Shown piece by piece: positions 49,866 through 59,013 of a stretch of 64,000 nt of DNA. Below the pieces are notes generated by a model. The model searched no databases and was not told the origin of the DNA. It saw nothing but the letters and a program-made list of their open reading frames with translations. Origin of the DNA: Hydrurus foetidus (taxonomy: Eukaryota); contig UYFQ01000001.1 of assembly GCA_900617105.1 (NCBI GenBank), positions 3,906,001 through 3,970,000 of the forward strand. Direction: 5' to 3'. How positions within the stretch are numbered: the stretch's first letter is position 1; each line of letters opens with the position of its first letter. The position numbers and the translations under genes are program-made.

Positions 49866-50778
49866 AATCGCTTTTTTGATTGCGGCCACCTTGTCGTCGG
49901 GCACGCCCTTGGCATTGGCCGGGTTGGGGCTGCTGATTAATGAAAAGGTAGGCGTTGTGAATTTGGGTGCTGAAGGCATGATGTTGATTGCAGCCGTGGT
50001 CGGCTTTGCCGCAGCGTTTCACAGCGGCAGTTCTGTGGTCGCTTTTGCCGCTGCCGCTGCCGCAGGGGCGATGGCTGCAGGCTTGTTTGGCGCGCTGGTC
50101 ATTTGGCTCAACACCAACCAATACGCTACTGGCCTTGCCGTTAGCCTGTTTGGCGGTGGGTTTTCTGCGTTTGTGGGCGTGGGCTACATCGGCAAAACAC
50201 TTGAAGGGCGAACTGCGCACAGCGTGCCAGTACTTGGTGACTTGCCGTTTGTTGGCCCTGCGCTTTTTCAGCAGCACCCGATGGCGTACCTGACGATTGT
50301 TTTTGCGGTGGCAATCGGTTTGTTTTTTAGCCGCACCCGAACCGGACTGGTGCTGCGCAGCGTGGGCGAAAACCCCGAGTCTGCCCACGCGCTGGGCTAC
50401 CCGGTGCGGCTGCTCCGCCTGGCCTGCGTGATGGTGGGCGGCGCGCTGTGCGGCTTGGGCGGCGCCTACATCAGCCTGGTTTATGCGCCGCTCTGGGCCG
50501 AAGGAATGATTGCGGGGCGCGGCTGGATTGCGCTGGCTTTGACCGTGTTTGCAACTTGGCGCGCGGCCCGGTTATTGCTTGGTGCTTATTTGTTTGGCGG
50601 CGTCACCATGCTGCAGCTTGCCTTGCAAGGGGCGGGGGTCGATGTGCCGTCGCAGTTCATGAGCATGCTGCCGTACCTGGCTACTATCGTTGTTTTGGTG
50701 CTGATATCGAGCAATCCGCTGTGGATTCGGCTTAACATGCCGACTTCGCTGGGGAAACCGTTTTTCCCGGGGCGTTAG
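49858..50778 (+). CDS. ABC permease, nucleoside/purine family
   Basis: EKVGVVNLGAEGMML, LRSVGENP.SA, AGRGWIALA, MLPY; start ATG 49858. Confidence 0.93.
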   Translation: MNEIAFLIAATLSSGTPLALAGLGLLINEKVGVVNLGAEGMMLIAAVVGFAAAFHSGSSVVAFAAAAAAGAMAAGLFGALVIWLNTNQYATGLAVSLFGGGFSAFVGVGYIGKTLEGRTAHSVPVLGDLPFVGPALFQQHPMAYLTIVFAVAIGLFFSRTRTGLVLRSVGENPESAHALGYPVRLLRLACVMVGGALCGLGGAYISLVYAPLWAEGMIAGRGWIALALTVFATWRAARLLLGAYLFGGVTMLQLALQGAGVDVPSQFMSMLPYLATIVVLVLISSNPLWIRLNMPTSLGKPFFPGR

Positions 50779-50856
50779 CTTGCCAAGTCGCCGCCCGGTC
50801 TTTAAAGAAGTTTGTGTTGGTTTTATTGTGTGTTGGTTTAACTGTAAGGAACAGAA

Positions 50857-52020
50857 ATGAACGATTTGAACAAGCGCTCACTGCTTAAAGTGGCCGCCGT
50901 GAGTGCTTTGGCAACTGCAGCGTTAATTGGATGCGGCAAAAAAGACGCGACAGCCCCGGTCGCGGCGGCACCTGCGTCAGCGCCAGTCGCTGCACCCGCG
51001 CCCAAGGCTGAGCCATTCAAGGCAGCATGGGTGTACGTTGGCCCGGTCGGTGACGCCGGCTGGTCGTTTGCACACGACCTGGGCCGCAAAGCGGTTGAAG
51101 CTGAACTTGGCGACAAAGTCAAAACCAGCTTTGTTGAAAGCGTGCCTGAAGGTGCCGACGCCGAGCGCGTGATTCGCGATTTGGCAACCCAAGGCAACAA
51201 GGTGATTTTTGCCACCAGCTTCGGCTACATGGAGCCCATGCTCAAAGTTGCCAAAGACTTCCCCGATGTGAAGTTTGAGCACGCCACCGGCTACAAAACC
51301 GCGCCCAACATGCGTGTGTACGACTCGCGTTTTTACCAAGACACCTACATGGCTGGCGTGATTGCCGGCAAGATGACCAAGACCAACACGCTGGGTTTTG
51401 TGGGTTCGTTCCCTATTCCTGAAGTGCTGCGCAACATCAATGCCTTCACGCTGGGTGCACAGTCGGTCAACCCAAAAATTAAAACCCGCGTAGTGTGGGT
51501 CAACAGCTGGTTTGACATTCCAAAAGAAACCGAAGCTGCGCAAACGCTGATCAACGGCGGCGCTGACGTGTTGCTGCAAAACACCGACTCCACTGCTGTG
51601 TTGCAAACCGCTGAGAAAAACGGCAAGTACGCGTTTGGTTGGGACTCGGACATGAGCGCGTTTGCACCCAAAGCGCATTTGGGTTCAGCCATTGTTGACT
51701 GGAGCAACTACTACAAAAAGTCGGTTAAAGAAGCCATGGACGGCAGCTGGAAGGGCGACACCGTCACCCGTTGGGGTATTGCTGAAGGCCAGAATGATCT
51801 GATCAAAATCAACGACGCCGTGCCAGCAGAAACCAAAACTAAACTTGACGAAATCAAGGCGGCGATTAAAGGCGGTACGTTTGAAGTGTTTACCGGCCCA
51901 ATCATGGACAACGCGGGTAAAGAGCGCTTGGCCAAAGACACCAAAGCTGACGATGAATGGCGCGGCAAGGTCGACTTCTACGTCAAAGGCGTTGACGGCA
52001 AGATTCCAGCGGGCAAGTAA
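50857..52020 (+). CDS. BMP-family ABC substrate-binding lipoprotein (purine/nucleoside)
   Basis: KRSLLK plus lipobox LIG-C, YVGPVGDAGW, ATSFGY, EHATG, NAFTLG. Confidence 0.93.
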   Translation: MNDLNKRSLLKVAAVSALATAALIGCGKKDATAPVAAAPASAPVAAPAPKAEPFKAAWVYVGPVGDAGWSFAHDLGRKAVEAELGDKVKTSFVESVPEGADAERVIRDLATQGNKVIFATSFGYMEPMLKVAKDFPDVKFEHATGYKTAPNMRVYDSRFYQDTYMAGVIAGKMTKTNTLGFVGSFPIPEVLRNINAFTLGAQSVNPKIKTRVVWVNSWFDIPKETEAAQTLINGGADVLLQNTDSTAVLQTAEKNGKYAFGWDSDMSAFAPKAHLGSAIVDWSNYYKKSVKEAMDGSWKGDTVTRWGIAEGQNDLIKINDAVPAETKTKLDEIKAAIKGGTFEVFTGPIMDNAGKERLAKDTKADDEWRGKVDFYVKGVDGKIPAGK

Positions 52021-52064
52021 AGGCCCATTTGAAGAGCTGCACTGCGGTGCGCTTTTTCTGAATC

Positions 52065-52100
52065 AGGGATTGCGAGCCGCTGGCGCGCAATCCCTTTTTT
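52065..52100 (+). terminator. Intrinsic terminator after the BMP gene
   Basis: AGGGATTGCG...CGCAATCCCT followed by a T run. Confidence 0.8.
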
Positions 52101-52118
52101 ATTTAACAGGACAAACGC

Positions 52119-53105
52119 ATGCACGAAAAATTGCTTTGGCATCCGGTAGGCAAGCTCACTGACCTCGCCGGTGGCCCGCATGCGGTGGTGGTGCTGGGCG
52201 AAGATGTGGTGGTATGGCAATCACCCGGTGGGCAATATCAAGCCTGGGCTGACCGTTGCCCGCACCGCGGCACCAAGTTGTCGCTCGGCCGCGTAGCAGA
52301 TGGCCGCTTGGAGTGCGCTTACCACGGCTGGCAATTTGCGCCCGGCGGCCAATGCCTGCATATTCCTGCGCTGCCGGATTTTTCGCCACCACCGTCGCAA
52401 AAAGCTTGCACGTATACGGCGCAGGAAGCTTATGGCTTGCTCTGGGTGCAATTGGTCAAGCCAGACTTCAACCCGACAGCTGTGCCATTTTTTGCTGCTG
52501 AAAACGACAAGCGACTTCGCAAAGTGAATTGCGGGCCATACACAGTGAATGCCAGTGCACCGCGGATTGTTGAAAACTTCTTAGACCTGTCGCATTTTGC
52601 GTTTGTGCATGAGGGTTGGCTGGGCACGCGTGAGGCTGTTGCGGTGCCGCACTATGAAGTTACCGCCACGGCTACGGGGGTGTTGGCCACTGGGTGCAAG
52701 GCGGTGCAGCCGCGCTCGTCTGTGCACGCTACCGGTAACGCCATGGTGGAGTACACCTACGAAGTAGTGAGCCCCTATGCGGCGGTGCTGACCAAAGTAC
52801 CCGAGGCTGGCACCACGGCGGTGGCCGATTTGCGGGAATCGATTGCTCTGTTTGTCTGCCCGGTTACGCCAGAGACCAGTGTGGTCTGGATACGCATGGC
52901 CATGAACGATTTTGAATCGCCCGATCAAAAATTAATCGATTTTCAAAACACCATTTTTGGGCAAGACCAGCCCATATTGGAATCGCAACGCCCCAAGCGC
53001 TTGCCTTTAGCGGCCGGGGCCGAGCTAAGTTGCGCGGCTGACCGCATGTCGGTGGCCTACCGCCGGTTTTTAGTTGATGCCGGCATTACCTTTGGAGTCT
53101 GCTGA
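52119..53105 (+). CDS. Rieske non-heme iron oxygenase (VanA/Ndm-like demethylase family)
   Basis: DRCPHRG and CAYHGW Rieske ligands; ENFLDLSHFAFVH; IFGQD..ILESQ. Confidence 0.9.
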   Translation: MHEKLLWHPVGKLTDLAGGPHAVVVLGEDVVVWQSPGGQYQAWADRCPHRGTKLSLGRVADGRLECAYHGWQFAPGGQCLHIPALPDFSPPPSQKACTYTAQEAYGLLWVQLVKPDFNPTAVPFFAAENDKRLRKVNCGPYTVNASAPRIVENFLDLSHFAFVHEGWLGTREAVAVPHYEVTATATGVLATGCKAVQPRSSVHATGNAMVEYTYEVVSPYAAVLTKVPEAGTTAVADLRESIALFVCPVTPETSVVWIRMAMNDFESPDQKLIDFQNTIFGQDQPILESQRPKRLPLAAGAELSCAADRMSVAYRRFLVDAGITFGVC

Positions 53106-54145
53106 TGAATGAAGTCAAACCCGTTTTAAATGATCGCTTGCCAGAGCTGCTGCGCGCCATGCCCAAGGCCGAGCTGCATATTCACATCGAAGGATCGCTG
53201 GAGCCTGAATTGATTTTTGCCCTCGCCCAGCGCAACGGCATCAGCCTGCCGTATACGAGCGTTGCGGAGCTTCGTAAAGCCTATGCCTTTAGCAACTTGC
53301 AGAGCTTTTTAGATATTTACTATGCCGGTGCCAGCGTGCTTATCACCGAGCAAGATTTTTACGACATGGCCTATGCCTATTTTGTAAAAGCAGCTCTCGA
53401 TAACGTAGTGCACGCTGAATTGTTTTTTGACCCGCAAACGCACACGGCGCGCGGCGTGAGTATGCAAACTGTCATCGACGGCCTGCACCGGGCCTGCGTT
53501 GATGCGCAAAAAAACCTTGGCGTAAGCGGCTTGCTGATCATGTGTTTTCTGCGCCACCTGAGTGAGCAGGACGCCTTTGAAACGCTGGAGCAAGCGCTGC
53601 TCTACCAGAGCAAAATTATCGGCATTGGCCTGGACTCAGGTGAAGTCGGCAATCCGCCTGAAAAGTTCGCACGGGTATTTGAGCGTTGCCGCGAGCTGGG
53701 TTTTCGTCTGGTTGCCCATGCGGGTGAAGAAGGCCCACCCGCGTATGTATGGACAGCGCTGGATGTGCTTAAAGTTGAGCGCATTGACCATGGTGTGCAG
53801 TCCAGCAAAGACGCTAGCCTGATGCATCGTTTGGCTACGGACCATATCGCGCTTACGGTTTGTCCGCTATCTAACCTAAAGCTCTGTGTATTCCCCGATC
53901 TGGCCAGCCATAACCTCAAGCATTTGCTTGATTCAGGCTTGGTTGCAACCGTCAACTCAGACGACCCGGCTTATTTTGGCGGCTACATGAATGAGAACTT
54001 TACGCAAACTTTTGCTGCCACCGGGCTGCAGGCGCAGCATGCTTACACGCTTGCACGCAACAGCTTTGAGGCGAGCTTTATTGACGCGTCAGCCAAGCGC
54101 CGCTGTGTCGACCAACTGGATGCCTGTTTCGCTACATTTGCCTGA
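53105..54145 (+). CDS. add: Adenine/adenosine deaminase
   Basis: PKAELHIHIEG, FFDPQTH, AHAGEE, RIDHG, VCPLSN, NSDDPAYF. Confidence 0.95.
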   Translation: MNEVKPVLNDRLPELLRAMPKAELHIHIEGSLEPELIFALAQRNGISLPYTSVAELRKAYAFSNLQSFLDIYYAGASVLITEQDFYDMAYAYFVKAALDNVVHAELFFDPQTHTARGVSMQTVIDGLHRACVDAQKNLGVSGLLIMCFLRHLSEQDAFETLEQALLYQSKIIGIGLDSGEVGNPPEKFARVFERCRELGFRLVAHAGEEGPPAYVWTALDVLKVERIDHGVQSSKDASLMHRLATDHIALTVCPLSNLKLCVFPDLASHNLKHLLDSGLVATVNSDDPAYFGGYMNENFTQTFAATGLQAQHAYTLARNSFEASFIDASAKRRCVDQLDACFATFA

Positions 54146-54224
54146 CGCTCTAAAATAACATTGAACACTCGCTGCCCGACGAGCGATTCAGATTCATTTT
54201 TTCGGCGCCATGTAGAGGACTACC

Positions 54225-54275
54225 ATGTATAAAAACCTCACGGCCCCGCCCATTGCGGCATGGAGCGCCGCATGA
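54225..54275 (+). other. Putative 16-codon leader ORF overlapping the queE start
   Basis: AGAGGA then ATG 54225; MYKNLTAPPIAAWSAA*; its TGA overlaps the queE ATG (ATGA). Confidence 0.45.
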
Positions 54276-54916
54276 GTTATCAAGTTAAGGAAATTTTCTA
54301 CACCCTGCAAGGTGAAGGTGCCAACGCGGGCAGGCCAGCTGTGTTTTGTCGCTTTGCGGGCTGTAATTTGTGGTCTGGCCGTGAGCAAGATCGAGCAAGC
54401 GCCGTGTGCAATTTTTGCGACACCGACTTTGTGGGCGGCACCGGGAATTGGGGTACGCTGGGCGGCAAGTTTGCGGATGCGCATGCGCTAGCAGGCAAGA
54501 TCGAAGCGCAGTGGCCAAGCCTTGATCAAGCCAACCGTTTTGTTGTCATGACCGGTGGCGAGCCTTTGCTACAAGTCGATAGCGCACTGATCGACGCGCT
54601 GCACGCTTGCGGTTTTGAAATCGCGGTAGAAACCAACGGCACCATTGCCGCACCAGCTGGTATCGACTGGATTTGCGTGAGCCCCAAGGCCGGAGCGCCC
54701 TGGGTGCAGCGTGAAGGCCACGAGCTCAAAGTAGTGTGGCCACAAGCTGCTTTTAATTTGGCGGAACTTGAAGCCGCCAACTTCACTCATCGCTACTTGC
54801 AGCCGATGGACAACGTGCTCAAGTCGGCCAACCTGAGCGACTGCATTGCGGTGTGCATGCAGCGCCCGGTGTGGCGGCTCAGCCTGCAAACCCACAAAAT
54901 GACCGGTATTCGCTAA
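54272..54916 (+). CDS. queE: 7-carboxy-7-deazaguanine synthase (minimal radical SAM type)
   Basis: YQVKEIFYTLQGEG, CX14CX2C, TGGEPLLQ, ETNGT, VSPK, LSLQTHK. Confidence 0.96.
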   Translation: MSYQVKEIFYTLQGEGANAGRPAVFCRFAGCNLWSGREQDRASAVCNFCDTDFVGGTGNWGTLGGKFADAHALAGKIEAQWPSLDQANRFVVMTGGEPLLQVDSALIDALHACGFEIAVETNGTIAAPAGIDWICVSPKAGAPWVQREGHELKVVWPQAAFNLAELEAANFTHRYLQPMDNVLKSANLSDCIAVCMQRPVWRLSLQTHKMTGIR

Positions 54917-54926
54917 AGAAATTCCT

Positions 54927-55301
54927 ATGACCTACCAAATCAGCCAGCGCTTTTTTTTCGACGCGGCGCACACCTTAAAGCGTGACATTGAAGCCGATGC
55001 TAGCCGCCGTATTCATGGCCATACCTACCACGCAGAAATCACCCTGTCAGGCCAGCCAGACCCAGCTAACGGCATGGTGCTCGACCTGGGTCAGGTACGC
55101 GCAGCTATCGAGGTATTGCGCCCCCAGCTGGACCACCGCATGCTCGACGATGTGCCAGGTTTGGGCGCAGCCACACTGGAGAACCTGTGCGCCTATATCT
55201 GGCGGGCTCTGGCGCCCAGTTTGCTCGGCCTGTCAGCCGTGCGTGTGTGGCGCGTTGGCATGGGTGACAGCTGCACGCTGACTAAGCAATTAACGAATTG
55301 A
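54927..55301 (+). CDS. queD: 6-carboxy-5,6,7,8-tetrahydropterin synthase
   Basis: FDAAH, HGHTY, GMVLD, LDH, TLEN. Confidence 0.92.
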   Translation: MTYQISQRFFFDAAHTLKRDIEADASRRIHGHTYHAEITLSGQPDPANGMVLDLGQVRAAIEVLRPQLDHRMLDDVPGLGAATLENLCAYIWRALAPSLLGLSAVRVWRVGMGDSCTLTKQLTN

Positions 55302-55308
55302 TTGTGCT

Positions 55309-56595
55309 GTGAAAGCTCTTCGCGCCAGTCTTCTGTATTTCAATAGCCGCGAAGCCGTTTTTGAGCAAGACGGCCTGCTGATTATTGGCAGCAATGCGAA
55401 AGGCTGCCAGGTGGTGCAAGCTGTCGGCAGCTACCAAAGCCTGGCTTCAAAGTACCCGGGCGTGCCAACAGAGCACTTACCAGGCCGCATCATTGCGCCA
55501 GGCTTTGTTGACATGCACGTGCACTACCCGCAGCTTGACGTGATTGGCTCGCCTGCAGACGGGCTGTTGCCGTGGCTTGAAAACTATACTTTCCCACAAG
55601 AAAAGCGCTTTGCAGACCCTGACTACTGCGCTCAAGCAGCTCGTTTTTTTATAGCAGAACTGATGCGCAATGGTGTCACCACAGCACTGACCTTTTGCTC
55701 GTCGCACCCGCAGTCGGTGGATGCTTTTTTCACTAAAGCGCAGCAAAACGGTTTACGAATGATGGCGGGCAAGGTGCTGATGGATCAACATTCACCTGAC
55801 GGCGTGCGTGACGAAACCGAGCAAAGCCTTATTGACACGGAGGCGCTGATTAAAAAATGGCACGGCGTCGATCGCTTGGGCTATGCCATTACGCCTAGGT
55901 TTGTCCCCAGCTGCAGCGCGGCCCAGCTGCGCGGCGCAGGGGAGTTGGCAGCCAAATATCCCGACGTGTGGATTCAATCCCACGTTGCTGAAAACTTTGA
56001 CGAAATCGCTTGGGTACGCCAGCTTTACCCACAGGCACGCAGCTATTTAAGCGTGTACGACCAGTTCGGCTTGCTTCGGCCGCGCGCCGTGTACGCGCAC
56101 TGCATTCACCTGGATGACACTGACCGCGCGCTGCTGCGATCCACAGGCGCCGCCGCTGCAGTGAGTCCCACCAGCAACCTTTTTTTGGGCAGCGGTTTTT
56201 TTGACTACGTCAGCGCCGACCGGGCGGGGCACTTGTACGGCTTGGCCAGCGATGTTGGCGGTGGAACCAGTTTTAACCCGTTTCACACCATGCTGGCCGC
56301 CTATTACGTGGGCCGCGAGGGTCAGACTAAAGCGGCGCTGTCGTTGTCGCCGCAGCACCTGTGGTGGCAACACACCGCTGGCGCGGCCAATGCACTCGGC
56401 CTGCGCGGCGTGGTTGGCAATTTGCAGGTGGGCTGTGAAGCAGACTTTGTTGTACTCAACCCAAAAGCAACGCCGCTTTTAGCCCGTAAAACAGCGCTAG
56501 CCAGCAATCTGGATGAGTTGCTCTTCGCGATGATTGTGCTGGGCGACGACCGGTTGATTGAAAAAACGGTTGTCTCGCAGGTTTTTGCTGCTTAG
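55309..56595 (+). CDS. guaD: Guanine deaminase
   Basis: PGFVDMHVHYPQ, LLPWLENYTFP, YAITPRF, QSHVAEN, PTSNLFLGSG, SDVGGG, LGDDR. Confidence 0.96.
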   Translation: MKALRASLLYFNSREAVFEQDGLLIIGSNAKGCQVVQAVGSYQSLASKYPGVPTEHLPGRIIAPGFVDMHVHYPQLDVIGSPADGLLPWLENYTFPQEKRFADPDYCAQAARFFIAELMRNGVTTALTFCSSHPQSVDAFFTKAQQNGLRMMAGKVLMDQHSPDGVRDETEQSLIDTEALIKKWHGVDRLGYAITPRFVPSCSAAQLRGAGELAAKYPDVWIQSHVAENFDEIAWVRQLYPQARSYLSVYDQFGLLRPRAVYAHCIHLDDTDRALLRSTGAAAAVSPTSNLFLGSGFFDYVSADRAGHLYGLASDVGGGTSFNPFHTMLAAYYVGREGQTKAALSLSPQHLWWQHTAGAANALGLRGVVGNLQVGCEADFVVLNPKATPLLARKTALASNLDELLFAMIVLGDDRLIEKTVVSQVFAA

Positions 56596-56733
56596 AACGT
56601 CCTTTTATGCGTATGTTATGCCCTTAGCCAAATGAATACAGGCTTAGGTAGCTCCTAAAATAATAGCTGTTGGCTGGGTCCTTTGGGCCCGCTAGCCTGC
56701 CTACAATCGATTGAAAATTTAGGAAAACGAGCA

Positions 56734-57306
56734 ATGAGCATCAAAAGCGATAAATGGATACGCCGCATGGCAGAAACCACCGGCATGATTGAGCCGTTCG
56801 AGCCTGGGCAAATCCGCGAGGCTGACGGTAAAAAAATCATCAGCTACGGCACGTCAAGCTACGGCTATGACATTCGGTGCGCGCCAGAATTCAAGGTTTT
56901 CACCAACATTCACAGTACGGTGGTTGACCCGAAAAACTTCGACGAAAAAAGCTTTGTTGATTTTTCAGGCGACAGTTGCATTATTCCGCCCAACAGCTTT
57001 GCGTTGGCCCGCACGCTGGAATACTTTCGCATTCCGCGCAACGTGCTGACGATTTGCCTGGGCAAAAGCACTTACGCGCGCTGCGGCATCATCGTCAACG
57101 TCACGCCGTTTGAGCCCGAATGGGAAGGCTACGTGACCCTCGAATTTTCAAACACCACCCCACTGCCCGCCAAAATTTATGCTGGCGAAGGCTGCGCCCA
57201 GGTGCTGTTTTTTGAAAGCGACAAAGACGACGTGTGCGAGACGTCTTACAAAGACCGCGGCGGCAAATACCAAGGGCAGGTTGGGGTGACGTTGCCGAAG
57301 GCTTGA
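56734..57306 (+). CDS. dcd: dCTP deaminase
   Basis: [41 protein letters not shown]. Confidence 0.97.
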   Translation: MSIKSDKWIRRMAETTGMIEPFEPGQIREADGKKIISYGTSSYGYDIRCAPEFKVFTNIHSTVVDPKNFDEKSFVDFSGDSCIIPPNSFALARTLEYFRIPRNVLTICLGKSTYARCGIIVNVTPFEPEWEGYVTLEFSNTTPLPAKIYAGEGCAQVLFFESDKDDVCETSYKDRGGKYQGQVGVTLPKA

Positions 57307-57411
57307 GCCAGAGCTTGGCCGAGAGGCATGGGAGCTGGTAGGGCGATTGACGGCACTTTGAGCTGAATCTGCTAACCTTTAATTTTCGCAAATTCAACTG
57401 AAAGGCCCGTC

Positions 57412-57732
57412 ATGATTAAACCCATACCCACCAGCGTCAACATGCAAGAACAACTGGTCAGCGACATTAAATCGGTGATCTCTGAAGCTGAAGAAATGCT
57501 GGGCGCTACCGCTGATCAGGCCGGGGAAAAAATCGCTAATTTGCGAGTTCGTATTCAAGCGCGATTAAAAGACGCCAAGGCCCGTTTGGCCGAGGCTGAA
57601 GAAGTTTTGGTGGCCAAAACCAAGGCCGCTGCCCGCGCTACAGACGATTACGTGCACGAATCGCCGTGGACTGCAGTGGGCATTGCTGCAGGTGCAGGCT
57701 TGTTGATCGGCCTGCTAATTGGCCGCCGTTAA
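57412..57732 (+). CDS. ElaB/YqjD/DUF883 family membrane-anchored protein
   Basis: AARATDDYVHESPWTAVGIAAGAGLLIGLLIGRR. Confidence 0.93.
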   Translation: MIKPIPTSVNMQEQLVSDIKSVISEAEEMLGATADQAGEKIANLRVRIQARLKDAKARLAEAEEVLVAKTKAAARATDDYVHESPWTAVGIAAGAGLLIGLLIGRR

Positions 57733-57767
57733 GCTTTCACTAATCGACCGTAAAGCTCGCTGCCCCT

Positions 57768-58178
57768 ATGCTGGCTACGCTTAAAAACATTGCCGTCACG
57801 CTGGCGGTCATGCTGCAAACGCGGCTGGAGCTGGTGGGCAATGAGCTGCAGGTGCAAAAACTGCTGGTGGCCCGTCAATTGGGTTTGGGGCTGGCACTGG
57901 TGTTTTTTGTTGGCCTGAGCGTACCAATGGCTGTTGGCTTGGCAGTAGCGATATGGTGGGACCAGCGGGTGGTGGTGCTAGCGATCAGCTGCGGCGTTTG
58001 CGTGTCAGTCGCGCTGTGGTGTTATTTGGCATTGCGCCGCACATTGAGCACCACTGAAGCCATGTTTGCTGCCAGCCTGGCCGCGCTTAAGGGCGATATT
58101 GCCTTGCTTAAATCTGCAGTCACACAGGGTGGTGCTGGGTCTGGCGCGGGCTCTACCGATGAGCATGACGACAGGTAA
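57768..58178 (+). CDS. YqjE-like membrane protein
   Basis: QTRLEL..NEL, two TM segments, FAASLA.L..D; follows DUF883. Confidence 0.85.
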   Translation: MLATLKNIAVTLAVMLQTRLELVGNELQVQKLLVARQLGLGLALVFFVGLSVPMAVGLAVAIWWDQRVVVLAISCGVCVSVALWCYLALRRTLSTTEAMFAASLAALKGDIALLKSAVTQGGAGSGAGSTDEHDDR

Positions 58179-58566
58179 GCCGCGCGGCGCTAGTCAGTTG
58201 CAGCTGCTGGCCGAGCAACGCGGGCGCTTGCTTGAGCGGATAGCCCAGCAGCGTGCAGTGCTGCAAGTGCAATGGGCTCCGTTGCAGCGCACGGCCGACC
58301 AGGGTGACAGAGTTATTGCGGCTGCGCGAGGTGCCCAGCGCTACGTGCAGGCGCACCGCGCAACGTTCACGCTGGCCCTCGCCGTGACCTGCGCAGCATT
58401 TGTTTTGGTGAAACCTGGGCGTTCGTTTCGGCTGCTAAAACGCGGTTTTGTGGTGTGGCGGGGCTGGCGCGCGCTGCAGTCGGCGCAAGTTTTCGTGCCG
58501 GGCACTTTGTGGGCTACGGCGTTCAATTTGATTCGCCGCCGGTTTTTGCCGGCAGTGGCTAAATAG
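58159..58566 (+). CDS. YqjK-like protein
   Basis: RGRLLERIAQQR..L, TM segment, RGFVVWRGWR; third gene of the yqjD-E-K arrangement. Confidence 0.8.
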   Translation: MSMTTGKPRGASQLQLLAEQRGRLLERIAQQRAVLQVQWAPLQRTADQGDRVIAAARGAQRYVQAHRATFTLALAVTCAAFVLVKPGRSFRLLKRGFVVWRGWRALQSAQVFVPGTLWATAFNLIRRRFLPAVAK

Positions 58567-58590
58567 ATTTCTACTCTTTAAGGTGATGTG

Positions 58591-58764
58591 ATGGATGAAG
58601 ACGAGCGTTGTTGCGGCACGGGCACTTGCCTGATCAATGCAGAAGGCGTGTGTTGGTGTGGTCAGCGCTGGGACGGCCAAAAAATGTGCTTTGCTGAGCG
58701 CAGCAGCCCGGCGCCAGAAGCAGGCCCACCGGAGCCAGTAAAAGCACCCAGCCGTGCTGACTGA
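58591..58764 (+). CDS. 57-aa Cys-rich small protein
   Basis: Hand translation MDEDERCCGTGTCLINAEGVCWCGQRWDGQKMCFAERSSPAPEAGPPEPVKAPSRAD*; AAGGTG RBS; fills the gap between yqjK and the next ORF. Confidence 0.75.
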   Translation: MDEDERCCGTGTCLINAEGVCWCGQRWDGQKMCFAERSSPAPEAGPPEPVKAPSRAD

Positions 58765-58773
58765 TTTCGCGTC

Positions 58774-59013
58774 ATGATGAAGTGGCGCAACGCTTATCAG
58801 CCTAAAAACCCCTTGTTTTGGATGATGATGACCGTCAATGGTTTGTCGTTGGTGTTGGGGTGGATCACGCAAACCCGCACGCTCCATGTGTGGGCCGCTT
58901 TGCTGGTGGGGTGTTTCGCCATCGGCAATGCGGTGCTGGGCACATGGCTGCTGTGGCGGTTGGTGTCAAATTCGCCCCCACCCGCAGCGCTCCAAGACGC
59001 CCCGCCTAACTGA
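58774..59013 (+). CDS. Small two-TM hypothetical protein
   Basis: 79 aa, two hydrophobic helices, co-oriented. Confidence 0.65.
   Translation: MMKWRNAYQPKNPLFWMMMTVNGLSLVLGWITQTRTLHVWAALLVGCFAIGNAVLGTWLLWRLVSNSPPPAALQDAPPN

Noticed and set aside
54205..54241. Canonical preQ1-I riboswitch
   Set aside because: Only a 4-bp P1 and the loop lacks the expected consensus; kept only as an alternative in the leader finding
54272..55301. queE/queD as a 7-deazaguanine DNA modification (dpd) system
   Set aside because: No dpdA/TGT-like or other dpd genes nearby; sequences look like ordinary tRNA-pathway enzymes
57768..58178. Phage holin or prophage
   Set aside because: YqjE-like protein in its usual yqjD-E-K chromosomal context, with no phage genes
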